Shown here piece after piece: positions 52,401-64,000 of a stretch of 64,000 nucleotides of DNA. How positions within the stretch are numbered: position 1 is the first letter of the stretch; each line of letters starts with the position of its first letter. The position numbers and the translations under genes were made by a program. Source of the DNA: Lingula anatina (taxonomy: Eukaryota; Animalia; Brachiopoda); the NCBI GenBank assembly GCA_051362555.1, contig CM120640.1:21080001-21144000 (forward strand), read 5' to 3'. The notes below the pieces were generated by a model. It saw only the letters and a list, made by a program, of their open reading frames with translations. It was not told the DNA's origin and did no database searches.

Positions 52401-55400
52401 CTACCTACCGATTGGTCCTCCTTATTCACTTTGTTCCACAACATCACCAAGTTGTCATTTGAAAATTCCCACTGATTCAGGGTAAAATAATCCAAAGATT
52501 TCAATGTTTTTTTCTGGCTTTCATTGTATTGTACACTGCTGTAAAAACGAAAAGCAATAATAAGAGATCATGCAATTTTTATAAACAAAGAAACAATATT
52601 TACAAAATACAGATCAATGAAACGTTTAAGTTCAGAAAGTGTTTGTGTGCGCGAGCATCTTCAATGGAGTACGTATTATCTTAGACTACTGTTGATACTA
52701 CCCGCTTATCATACAAAATAAATTGATCCATAAGCTTTTTAATCTAGAAATTAAAAGAGTTTTTTTTACAATAGTTTTCTAGGTTTAAATTTGGTTTCTT
52801 TGATTTCTAAAATTGTTCTTAAAAAATCAGATATGTTTAATTTGACTTATTGTCGAATACAAGCATTAAGCAGTTACCATGGTTGTCGTCCCATCAGCAG
52901 CCGGAAAAAGTCCAATACATAAGCTCGCAAATCATGATCAATCCAGTGGTTTAGTCTAAACCAGACACTAAATCAGATAAATGGAAAAAAATTTTTAATC
53001 TTTAAATACACGAATAAAAAGCATGCAAATGATATTTTCTTCTTGAAGAACCTGGACAAATTAAGACAGTATCTTCAAATACAGCTTCCTACCCTTTTAA
53101 AGACAAAGGGTACAATTTTTGTAGTATCAAATAACGGAAGTTTGTGATTTTGCAACACATCAATAACAACAATTTGATAAAAAGACTTAAGATACATATT
53201 TTTGGCATCTTTTAAATGAAAGGAAAAGGTGGGATTGAGAGTTGGTATCAAGATAAAATGTATGGTTATTAAAATGTATATGATTTCAAATTAAAATTTC
53301 ATTTTCTTACCTACTGGTAGTGAATCTTAGGCGTGGCACCCTGAGTGGATGATCTAGAGGGTTCTTCAAGAAGTAATCACGGACATAGCGTTCTGAAAAA
53401 CATTTAGCACAGAAAATAGCTGGAAATCTTGAATTACAACAAAGGCACATGCACTCTAGGTATGATGCAAGCAAAATGATGATATGTTTGGGATGCTTAA
53501 ATATTTATTTCTAAATCACAGCACTTCTAATTTCATATACTGTCTAAGATGTATTTTACAAAAAGCAAGTACGCTCTTTGGTAAATTTCATTAACTAGAC
53601 ACACAGAGTTGAAGAAGTGTTTATTAACTACCAACCCCAGTGTCCCCATGTAGCCTTGTTCAAGTTCCCAGTTGTGAGGTTATAAACCATGGTGTTGCTT
53701 GGCCTGAAAGTAAAAGTCAATTTGTAAAATTAGTGTAATATTCATTATAAATTTTAATATAAAACAACAATCACTGATGGCTGGAACTTTTGCAATCACT
53801 TATTCTCCTACTTTCAGTCAAAGTGAAAACAAAGTACGTACCACAATTCCTTATTGTTATCACCTTATAGCTACTCCATATGAGTCATGCTTCTTATATC
53901 AATTCAGATCTAATTTAGCTTCGGGAGTTTTAGTCATGAATAAGTTCACTAGTTTATAAAGGTTTGCAAGTTTACTTTTAAAGAGTAAATTTTTGAAATG
54001 ACACATTTTCCACTGTATGATGCAGTTTGGTTTTCAATGCATACATGTATTACTATAGTCCTACATACACATTATGTACCTGTGCACTGACGTATACCAC
54101 GCTGAGGCTATCATTAGATTTATTACCAAATCTATGGGAACAACGTCAGCTTTGCCATTCACATTTCCCATCATACTTCTCAAAATACCCTTGCCAACCT
54201 TCAAAATAATAAAAATATCAATAATTTTTAAAAATGCAATACAACAGGTGCAGTTTTCAGAATTTTGAAAATCGTGACTTTACACATACCCAGAAAATAA
54301 ATTGTGCGTGAAACCTACAAGTAATTTCAGTAGGTCAAGAGTTTATCAATACGTGGTAAGAAAATAAAAGTCACCTACTGGATGTATAAAAACTGTCTAC
54401 ATTTTTATGCTTGAATAATAAGAATGACATAACTAAGCATACCTACCTTAGTAAGAAGATTGGTTGGTCCATCAAAATTATCAAGCCACCCCTGAAAGAC
54501 CATACAGTAATTTATAAGTGTTTGTGAGAAGAAAAATTTCATCTATTTTATCTAGACTCACACAAGCATAATAAGGACTTAGACTTGCCCTTCAAGAAAT
54601 CGACGGAAAATAGCTCTTTTTCAAATTTGAATGGGCACTGTAGAAAACATATAACAGCTAAAGCTCTCAAATTAAGCACATATGTGTGATATCATGTGAA
54701 GAATAAGTTCTGTAAATTTCAATCCAAGCAGTTGAGTACATTTTGAGACAGAACGCTTTAAATGTGCAGCAAACCGTAACGCTAATCCCTTCAAGATCTC
54801 GACGAAAACCGGAAGTGCGTCATGACGTCACTCGCTTGTACTTGGAAAGCTGCTGGGTGATTTTCTGATGAGAAATATTTCGTGGCTTATACAAATGTTC
54901 GGAAAATGTCCATGCAGATAAAAGAAAATTCACTAATCAAAATTGAAACTGCGTAATTACATAGAAAAACATTGTGCATTTCTGACCTCGACTTGTCAGT
55001 GTAAACAAAGTGTACTGAACGCATCGCCAGCAAGCACGTGAATGCCGCGTTTGATACTTTGTATCAGACGCTTCATTTTACTTGACAACACAGTGTTTAC
55101 GATGGGCATGACAGGAAAAACAGTGCAAAAAACACGCACTTCCGGTTTTCGTCGATTTCTTGAAGGCGTCGATTTCTTGAAGGGCGAGTCTACGCTAAAT
55201 GCTGATGGAATCTATTTTTGCTGAGAATAATATTACCCATCACAAAAAACTGCAGATTAAATCTGAAATGTGATATTTTAAAAAGTACATCAATACATCA
55301 CATTACTCAATCACTTGTCCTGACAGATATTACTTTTAATTGTATGACATTTAAAAGTTTAGAACTTTTTTAATGTGAGTGTGAGCAATACAACATACAG

Positions 55401-57698
55401 GAAAGGGTTCTCTCAGTGAGGCTCCCACTATAGAGGGTCTTATTATGGCAATGGGTAGGCTGGCATACTCCTCCACTAAAAGATACTCCACCATGGCTTT
55501 GATATAAGTGTATGTGTTTGGTCGCTTGCCAATCAGGTGAGGAGCCAAAATTTCCATCATTTCAGCATCCATCCATCTAAAAAAAAACAATTTTTTTCTT
55601 GTGCATATTTGAAGTTTTTAAAGTATTCAAGTCATAGAGAGTAAATGTATGTATCAAAACAAAGCAAGCTTTAAGATTGCTTACTATTAGATTTGCATGT
55701 ACATCACAGTTCAGTTTTGCTATTTTAAACTTTGAAAAAATTCAGTATATATCCTCTCTATCTTGGCTTATTTCATGCAGTTTTATAATTAAGCTTTCAA
55801 TAAGAAAGCGTTCCATTGTCTAATATTTTTTGAACCGGTGGCTTAATATTAAAAATATATATAAACGTATGTATTTCACACCAAATACCAGAGTTGAGAC
55901 AGAGAAGAATTCCTACAAGCCTAGAATCCTTCAAACGCCCTCTAAATAGGCCCTTGTATGCCTGTTAAAAGGCATCTTTGCAGAACTCAAAGAAAGCTTG
56001 AACTTTTTGAAAGATTGATACATACTCTGCTGCCTCCATCAGTTTCTGGGGTTGGAGCGCTGGTGGATATATTGCTTCCTGCACCTGTGATCTGTCACAA
56101 TTTGCAAAGACAGTGGACACATAAACTAAGGCCTGCAAATACCAGAAGTGCAATTTTCTCAGTCTATGGTTTTCCAAGTATCAATATTTTGTAAAATAAC
56201 TTTGTACACTGCAGAGGCATTTTGTACAAAAGTCTAGAGGAAGTGTTTAATTTCTAGAAATCACAAAGCATGTGCAATTGAAGTTACTGATAAAGTTCAA
56301 TTTAGAAAATCTAATAAAAAACGGTAATTCATAAGAAACTCACTTCCAGTTTTGACATCTGTTTACATAGCTCTGCAAGTTTTTTCACACCATGCAAATT
56401 CATCAGCACTCCTGATCTGGTAGAAAATCAATAAACACTTCCATGTAGTATCTTATCAGAACAAGATCCTGAACAAGTATTGATGGGATGGTCTGTTGAG
56501 AGGTTGCATTTGGTAAAATTAAGATGTTCACAAATTACTTTCTCAATCTACAGATGTATTGTGGTCATGCAAACAGACACCAATTCAATTTCAGTAAGTA
56601 TTTGTTTGATAGCAGCCCCCACTAAGTGGGCACAAAGAGCCAGCACAAAGAGTGGAGGACAATTTCATTGATGAATTACACAAATCTTCACAGAATGACA
56701 TCTTATCATCAAGGCTTGAAATCAAAGCATATCCCCCCTTCACTTCCAGGGAATCAAAATTTTAATAGTTAGACATTTAGAATCGAGTTCATGGATCATA
56801 ATTCTTGGGAAGGTTTTGTATTTACTCTCCCTAGGTCGTTACGACGTTGAAATTTATAGGAAAATTTTTTTTTTATTCATAAAAGGAAAAAAAACTTTTT
56901 TGCTTCATAAAAGTATAACCCTCTGAGTGTGCCTTGAGATCTTTTCAAACACAAAAAAAATGTGACAGCCACTGACAAATACCTACTTTAAATGTTCCTC
57001 AAAGTTGGCAGTTGCTGCAGCATGAAATACCACAGACACATCAGTAACAAGTCTGGTCATATCTGACTGGCTCATGCCCAGGTGTGGCTCTAACATGTTT
57101 CCATTCACTGGAATGACTTTGGTGCGGAACTCTGGACGCTCTTTTCTCAACTTGTCAAATAGCTGAAAGTATCACAGGTAGTAATATTACATTTAAGTAA
57201 GACTGTCTGGAGGTCTTGACAGTGAAGGAGGTCTACTTTTTCAAGGAGTGAACGAATCATATGGATCTCAGAAGGAGTAATAATAGTTTAATTTCCAAAA
57301 CTATATGCACATGCACAGCTAGGTGCAAAAGTATAAGGATTTAATTGTTTTCATAATACTGTTACTTACACAATTCCTTATAATGTTATCCAATTTTTCA
57401 ACAGACTCTGTATCTTTCTTTTTCATTTAATTTCAATACATGGGTAGGTACATAAGAAAATAAAAATCAATAGAGCATTTTTACAAAACAAGTGCAAATC
57501 ACATACTTTGGAACTGAAGACATCTTCAAGTCTCTGCCTCACATCCTGGTTATTCTTTGGTCTGATAAGTACATAAATTGCCTTTATGTCAGAACAACTT
57601 CTCAGCAGCTTCTCGACCAGAACCCTGCCCATAAACCCTGTAAAGCCAATGACAAATATGCTGCGTCCAGCATAAAAATCTGCAATGGCAGCCACCAT
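49445..57698 (-). CDS. Fatty acyl-CoA reductase (FAR family: NAD-binding-4 + sterile domain + C-terminal hydrophobic segment)
   Basis: Exons 57698-57507, 57162-56987, 56416-56344, 56132-56026, 55576-55399, 54491-54447, 54198-54080, 53703-53636, 53392-53311, 52967-52878, 52538-52409, 49955-49828, 49604-49445. Motifs: GFTGFMGRVLVEKLLRSC, VFHAAAT, RPNTYTYIKA, IIRPSIVGA..EPFPGWLDN, FNFNVKSINWPSYVENYCLGVKRYFLKE. Confidence 0.93.
50225..52352. mobile_element. Kolobok-like non-autonomous DNA transposon in a FAR intron
   Basis: TTAA|ggccggtgatag ... ctatcaccggcc|TTAA: perfect 12 bp TIR and TTAA TSD. Purine-purine termini favour Kolobok over piggyBac. No transposase recognised. Confidence 0.8.
54580..55192. 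mobile_element. MITE with TAG...CTA termini (Academ-like) and duplicated terminal motifs
   Basis: tagacttgcccttcaagaaatcgacg ... cgtcgatttcttgaagggcgagtcta, plus a second inner inverted pair at ~54788-54820 / ~55133-55166. TSD not resolved. Confidence 0.65.
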
Positions 57699-59275
57699 TT
57701 TGCTGTACCAGGTGTTCTGTATACTGCGTATTCTGGAACTTGGAAGGGTTTCTTAACTGCGACTGCAGAGCCTAAAAATAGAATGGATCAAACAGTTAAA
57801 ACTTCAAAACAAACGTATTCTAGTATCAATGGCTGCATGTGGCTAGGTTGAGAGAGAAGCTTGTGATTAAAAAATAATTCTTCCACTAGCTGAATTTGTA
57901 AAATGGGCCCATGCAGTGCCCAATGCCTGGAAATTCAGTTAACATAATTTCCCTATTTACAATTCAAGTTCAACCTTTGAATAAGATTTGCATTTAATTT
58001 CAACCTCTGGCTACGATGAAATGATATCTTGAAATACATAAATTCATGGACACCATGCAGAGTACAGAGGTACATGTTTGGGTGTACTCTAGTCACGAGG
58101 GGCAAACAGCCTACAGTCACGTATCCATTTTGCACCCATCATGCGCCCAAGTCTCGATCTCTCACACTCGCGCACCCACCACGCACGACAGTAATTACAC
58201 CTGCCTTACCTGCTGCAATAGCTACATGTAAGTACAACACATACAGGCATCCCTCAGATCATGTACCGTATTTACTAGTATGACTAGTCTAGTACGCATA
58301 TCGATCCTATAACCAAAGTCAGAACTACCGTCTGTAACAGCCCAATGCATAGCCAAGTCGATGTCATGATATATTATCAAGCCCTACTGTTTACCTTCCC
58401 AGTGGACCGCCCTCTTGAATGTTATCTTTCCCTATTAAACACAGAAAAGTTGCGACAAACTGGAAAACAAAGTATGACAACCGTTTCTTTTCTTAGTTCA
58501 CCTGCAGCGCTGCTGCAAAGGTCGACATTACTTTGGCATAAGGGGTACTAATCACAATGGTTGAGAAGCTCAACAATCGCAATTTCTTTCTGAAGCCGCT
58601 TTTTAGCCTACTGCTGTGCTAACAGCTCTTTCCCCGTCGACTAAAATTCTTCGAAATTCTCAAATTTCGTTGTTATTTTCTTCTACCTTGTTTTTCTATT
58701 TCATTAAAAACTGTGTATATATTGGGTTTTAAAAAATGAATGAAACTCTTCTTTTGTTCATAGTGTGCGTTTTGTGTGAAGTGGGGATCGACTCAAGATT
58801 GTTTAAAAAAAAAACGGCAAATTAAAACAAAAGATGCAGTATTATAAGGTCATTTAGACTTGTACACGAATTTAAAGTTGACTATCAAATATTGTCAAAC
58901 CTTCAGCTTTGAAGATGGTTCGTTCTCCAAGCCTAGTCTAAGCCCCATGAAATTTAAAAAATTGATTACACCTATATAATATATGTTTTCCGCTCAATTC
59001 TGTTGATTGATTGTGACATACCTACAACATGCTTACTTCCAAGCAAGTAAATCTAATTAGTTTACCTGTGGTACTCATCTAGACCCTGGCTGAAGGAAGA
59101 TAAAGGGACTTCTGAGGAACTCGAAGAAAGGAAAAGACTAAACACTTTTTATTAGAGAAGAGGCTATTAGAGGCTATTTCTGCCTTTTTTTATTTGTTAG
59201 TAATTTTGTGCTTTCTTTTCAGTTTGTTAAAGAGATAAGAGTAGCACTGTAGTCATATCTCCATTAATGTCAGTC

Positions 59276-59320
<45 letters not shown>
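59276..59320. repeat. (AAT)n microsatellite
   Basis: Read directly. Confidence 0.95.
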
Positions 59321-59321
<1 letters not shown>

Positions 59322-61002
59322 TAAGAAAAGCATGCAGTCTCAAAGAATACAGCCATTTACAAATGTCTCTCAGTAAAATACTGAAGTGTAACAAGTATAA
59401 TAATTAATTCAATATATTCAACAAGAAGTAAATAGCAAACTGTCAATCATTGCAACTTATCATTTTTCTGGAATGAGACCCAATACATACTTTTTAAAGA
59501 CACAAGTAATATTCCCACGAAAACCAAAAAAGCTATGATACAAGCTTGTTCACACAAATTTGGTTATACAAATAATAACATATCACAGCGTGTACACTTG
59601 TGCTGATTCTGGAATTGCTTCATAGTAATTTTAAAGAAACCAGACAGATTCACACTACCCAGTAATAATACAAACACTGATCTTTTAGATCTTGATCTGA
59701 ACAAAATTGCCACCTTCAATACATTATTCTTCATTAATACATGGCTGAATGAAAATATTATTCAAGGTCAATACTGAGAAGTATTTAAAATATTATACAA
59801 TGGCATTACTGTACTCAATTTCTACCCACTTGAGATAAAAACTTGAAAATTCATAAACAAAATCAAGAATGCTGTCCTAAACCCTGATTCAATTTTAGCA
59901 ACCTATTACAGTAACTGCAGTATTACCAGCTTTTTTTCCCTTCAAAATATTCATTCTTCACCATACCCATTCCAAACTAATTTCCAAAAGCCTCGCAAAC
60001 CAATAAATATAAATGAACTGTGTCTGGAAGACTGGACATACAACAGTCACCAACTGAGATTAGAAAGTACAATGTACTTAAGACATATATACAAAAATGA
60101 AATCTAATATCACAAGTTTGGGGTATAGTGACTTCAATGTATTAAACTTATAGATGTTATCACATGTGCATATATATACAAACAGGTCCTAACTATTACC
60201 AAACAACAGGTCACCAAGGTACAAGCTGATAAACCATAATTAAATCCATCCATATAGATATAGATGCTAACATCCATATAGATCCTAACATCTGAATATG
60301 TAACTTATGATTCATAACATACTTAATGAACAAAAAGTCATTTATACACATACATATACATCTACTGTTTAGTTTGGCATGGCTTTCGTATGAAGGGGAA
60401 AATATACTTCATTATGTTTCAATCAATATTTAATCAAAATACATTATAAAATATCTTGCTATATTTAAATGACGTAAGATGTAAATATCTCAAAAACAAC
60501 AGAGAAAGGGAAAATAGAGCTAGTGTTATCATACTTTCTGTGTAAGTTAAGTTTTTCTGTAAACAGTCTTGTATCAAATAATGTTTACTACTCCAAGATG
60601 TAAGTTTATTTTCTGATAATATAAAGGAGCATAAAAAGCCTATTAATAGCATTCAATAACAACTTCTAAAAAAGACAATTCTGATTAGAATAATAAGTTC
60701 TATCCTAAAACAACCTGTTTTTACCTGAGCATATTTGTAAGTTATTGGGTTTTATAAAAAAAACAACTAACAGCATACAAATCACTGGAAATCAAATATC
60801 TGACCAAAAAAATTATATATCTGTCATTCTTTTTGGTAGAGTAAATTTTTACAGTAACTATGACCTAACAATTTGCTCTATAATAACAGCAATCAAACTA
60901 CAATAACAATTTAGAAAATAACAAGTAACTAATGAGTCTATACAAATCAATTTGTCTAGTATCTAGGCATATTAAAGGATTAATTTGGAATTTTTGATAA
61001 AT

Positions 61003-63836
61003 TTTACCAAAAACGTCGTCTTTGATTATCTTGTGCAAATTGTGGTCCTGAGTAACTTTTTTGCTGAGGTGGTCTTTGTCTTAAATATACTCCATTTTGT
61101 GGATTTTTGGCACCAAATTGTCCAAACGACTAAAAATTAAATGTAAAAAAAAAAGCTATGATTAAGATATTGCACCCACATAAATTATTATATCATCCAT
61201 TTTGAGCAAATATATAAATATTACTTTTGCATTTACATGTTAACCAAGGGGCTTGAAAATGAAATCATAATTAGCAAGCAGAACCAGTTCTTTGTAAATT
61301 TGATGAAGAACAACACTTTAAAGTAAGCTAAGAACAATATAGCTTTTCAATCAAAATATTCATTCTTACAAAATACTTGTCTTACCCACTGGCCACTAGT
61401 GTATGGTAGGTTCTGTCGACCTGTGTATACAAAACCTGGAGTTTTCAAGTTGGCTACCACTGTAATGTAACAAAAACTTTTATTTAAACATGAAGATGAC
61501 ATCCAGTGTCTGCACAAATCCAAGCCTTCTTCATTAATAATAACTCTACCTCAATCACAATACAAGCTCTTTACTCACTTCATTGCAATGTTGCAAACAC
61601 ACTTGGAAACTACATAATCTATTTGTGCATGAAAGGAAATTAAAGCAGAGTGACGTATAAATTTCTCATTTCTTAAAAAATTGTTTTAATATTACGCTCC
61701 ATTTCAGAAAGACACTTCAATTTTAAACTATTCAACTGTTTAAATGAATGTGATTATACCTGTAAAATAGTTTCTCACTTACTTCGTTGCTTCCACTCCA
61801 TTTTCTTTTTCTCTAGCTCACTTAGAGATTTCAAGCATTCAATGTATGTGCTTTTACATGTATAGTCACCACATGGGACAGGGTATCTTGAATCCTGAAT
61901 CAGATATAGAGTAGACATAATTCCATAAACATTAGACAATCAACCATGCTCCCTATATGCACTAAAAGGTGTAAAGAAAAAAGTCACCTTGGTGAATGGA
62001 ATAGCTTCAATGAATAAGTAAAGTTACAAAACAGAGAAAAGAGAGAGAGGGAGAGAGAGAGAGAGAGAGAGAGAATGCCTTATATCCTCAGTTCATTTTT
62101 CAAAATGCAGGGGGAGATAAGTGAATGATTGGTTGTCTTTGGGATTTTCTTATAGAAGGTGGTACTTACTTTGCATGGACCTTCATAGTCACTTCCTACA
62201 CAATGGGATACATAGGGGAAGTTATACTGGTTTCTGAAAAAGGTAAAAATGACACAGTTTAAATTCTGGGAAGACATTACTTTTCTGCTATCACATACAC
62301 ATTTTTTTTATTTTCCTTTATGCCATATTTTCCAAAACAATTTTAAATCTGTTAAAACCGATTTAACAGTTTTTACTTATTCAAAAACCAGTATGCTTAC
62401 ATTCCATGCTGTTTACAATGTCCAAAATCATTGATAGTTCTCTCATAATTCATCAGCATTGCCATCACCTTGAAAAAAACTCTGAACTCTGTAAAATTCA
62501 TATACTAAACATCTACTATTCTTTTCTACTACTATTCTATCAATGGTTGTATTCAAAGTCATTCAAAAATAATACCGGACAAAATCAGACCAATCAGTTA
62601 TTTGAGCTTCCCACCAAAAATTAACATTTGATTGTGTATTTTTAATTTACAGGAGTTTTAATGAAAGTATAATACATTATAACTTCATGTTGTGTGTACA
62701 GTTTCTTCATATAACTTATCAGTGAGAGATCTGCATTGAGAACTTGTAAATGAGACCACTAAATTCAGTAACTTTACCTGGTATGCAGCAGGCACCATCT
62801 TGTTGAAAGTAAAGTCTTTGGTGTCATAATCTATATATTCCAGTCTGCCACTGCGAAACACTATGAAGGTGAAAAAATTTTTAATTATAATGGATATATA
62901 CAAATGTTAAAACTACAGACTGCTACACAAATGTAATGGTATTTTTTCTTTAAGTTAATAAACTGTATGAATGTTCACTACTTTTGGTATTCAGATACTG
63001 TTACCGACAAAAAAATGAAAAGTTAAACTGAACTGACCAATATTCCATGGAGCCATATCTTCATAGAAGGGCAGTGTCAGGAACAGATCATAAAACATGG
63101 TTTTTATGGGCTCCAGTAATCCCATTCTCAGAAGGGCAATTAAAGATATAGCTGAAATAAAAAAATATCATAACCATGAAAAGGGTATCTAGGCTCAGTT
63201 AAATTACAGTTAAACAACTGACATTTAGAACTTAATATCCTAAACACATTCACAAACTACAAGAAATAAATATTTACCATAAATTCATGTAATAAGGTAC
63301 ATACCATGAACATCCCCATATGGAATCTTGAATCCATCCCCTTTCCTGATAAGGTATACCTCATAAGTGGACTTACTATGGGCCAGGCAGTGGAGGGTAT
63401 ACTTTCTATCGTGGCCATCTAGCTGGTAGTCAAAATGATGATTAACCTGGAATTCAGAAAAAAAGGGATCAATTCATAACAAAAATCTGATTGCTGATAT
63501 GCTTGAGTACAAGTTCATAGATTTTTACAAATATTATCACTATATGTAAACAGTGTTTTTTAATTTGATCTTTAAGCAATTTGAGGCATTTGCAGTAGTT
63601 TTTCCTAACAGAGTTCACAAATGCTTCAACCAAGCCAAGGGTTGGTACCTTCAAAGGTGCCACTCACATGTCATCTGATATCAATTCACCATTTTTATTA
63701 ATAAAATAAAACTCACTGTGACAGTGAGGTTCCTGACATCTACACGGACCACTTTCCATGGGAAGGATGCAGACTGCATAAATGGTGGTTGAAGAAGCTC
63801 AGCACTTATACTGATGTTCACATCCGCTTCTGCGCT
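61003..63836 (-). CDS. Uncharacterised protein, 3' part; atypical kinase-like motifs followed by a Cys-rich segment
   Basis: In-frame exons 63836-63717, 63446-63305, 63151-63038, 62860-62778, 62468-62401, 62233-62170, 61894-61783, 61459-61386, 61129-61003. Contains LPFYEDMAPWNIVFRSGRLEYIDYDT and HCVGSDYEGPCKDSRYPVPCGDYTCKSTYIECL. The gene continues beyond the window. Confidence 0.8.
62040..62074. repeat. (GA)n microsatellite
   Basis: Read directly. Confidence 0.9.
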
Positions 63837-64000
63837 CTGATACAAAGTAATAATGACAATTTCATCAATTTTAAATAACATATGGAACCAAAATGATTTG
63901 CAGATGTATAGTATCAATATGGCTTTTACACAGTATCCTTGAACTGATGATCAACAATGAAAGTATGGTAATCATATTTCATTCATCTGTTTATTTAGCA

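Noticed and set aside
58380-58640. Possible FAR non-coding first exon(s) and promoter
   Set aside because: Minus-strand donor-like sites exist (~58394, ~58501), but exon limits cannot be fixed without transcript data.

Overview
AT-rich, intron-containing animal genomic DNA; repeat content suggests a marine invertebrate, possibly a mollusc (inference). I found no prokaryotic features, CRISPR arrays, rRNA or complete tRNA genes. Seven spliced genes were rebuilt by eye from GT-AG boundaries and frame continuity. In order: a tyrosine-kinase-like pseudokinase with a Tyr-rich tail (+, 5' incomplete), PTDSS2 (-), UBE2M/Ubc12 (+), a perilipin-domain protein with an acidic/basic tail (-), RPS13 (+), a fatty acyl-CoA reductase (-), and the 3' part of an uncharacterised gene with an atypical kinase-like motif pair (-). 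The introns hold many non-autonomous DNA transposons. These include a nested set (Kolobok-like shell containing a Harbinger MITE and an internally deleted ISL2EU-like element), a TTAA-flanked long-TIR element built from two diverged 5' halves, a 1.9 kb inverted dimer of a foldback-type element, further MITEs and a CR1-like fragment. The best novelty candidates are the two-tier inverted-repeat element, the pseudokinase, the atypical kinase-like gene and the palindromic dimer. All family assignments come from motif recognition, not database searches.
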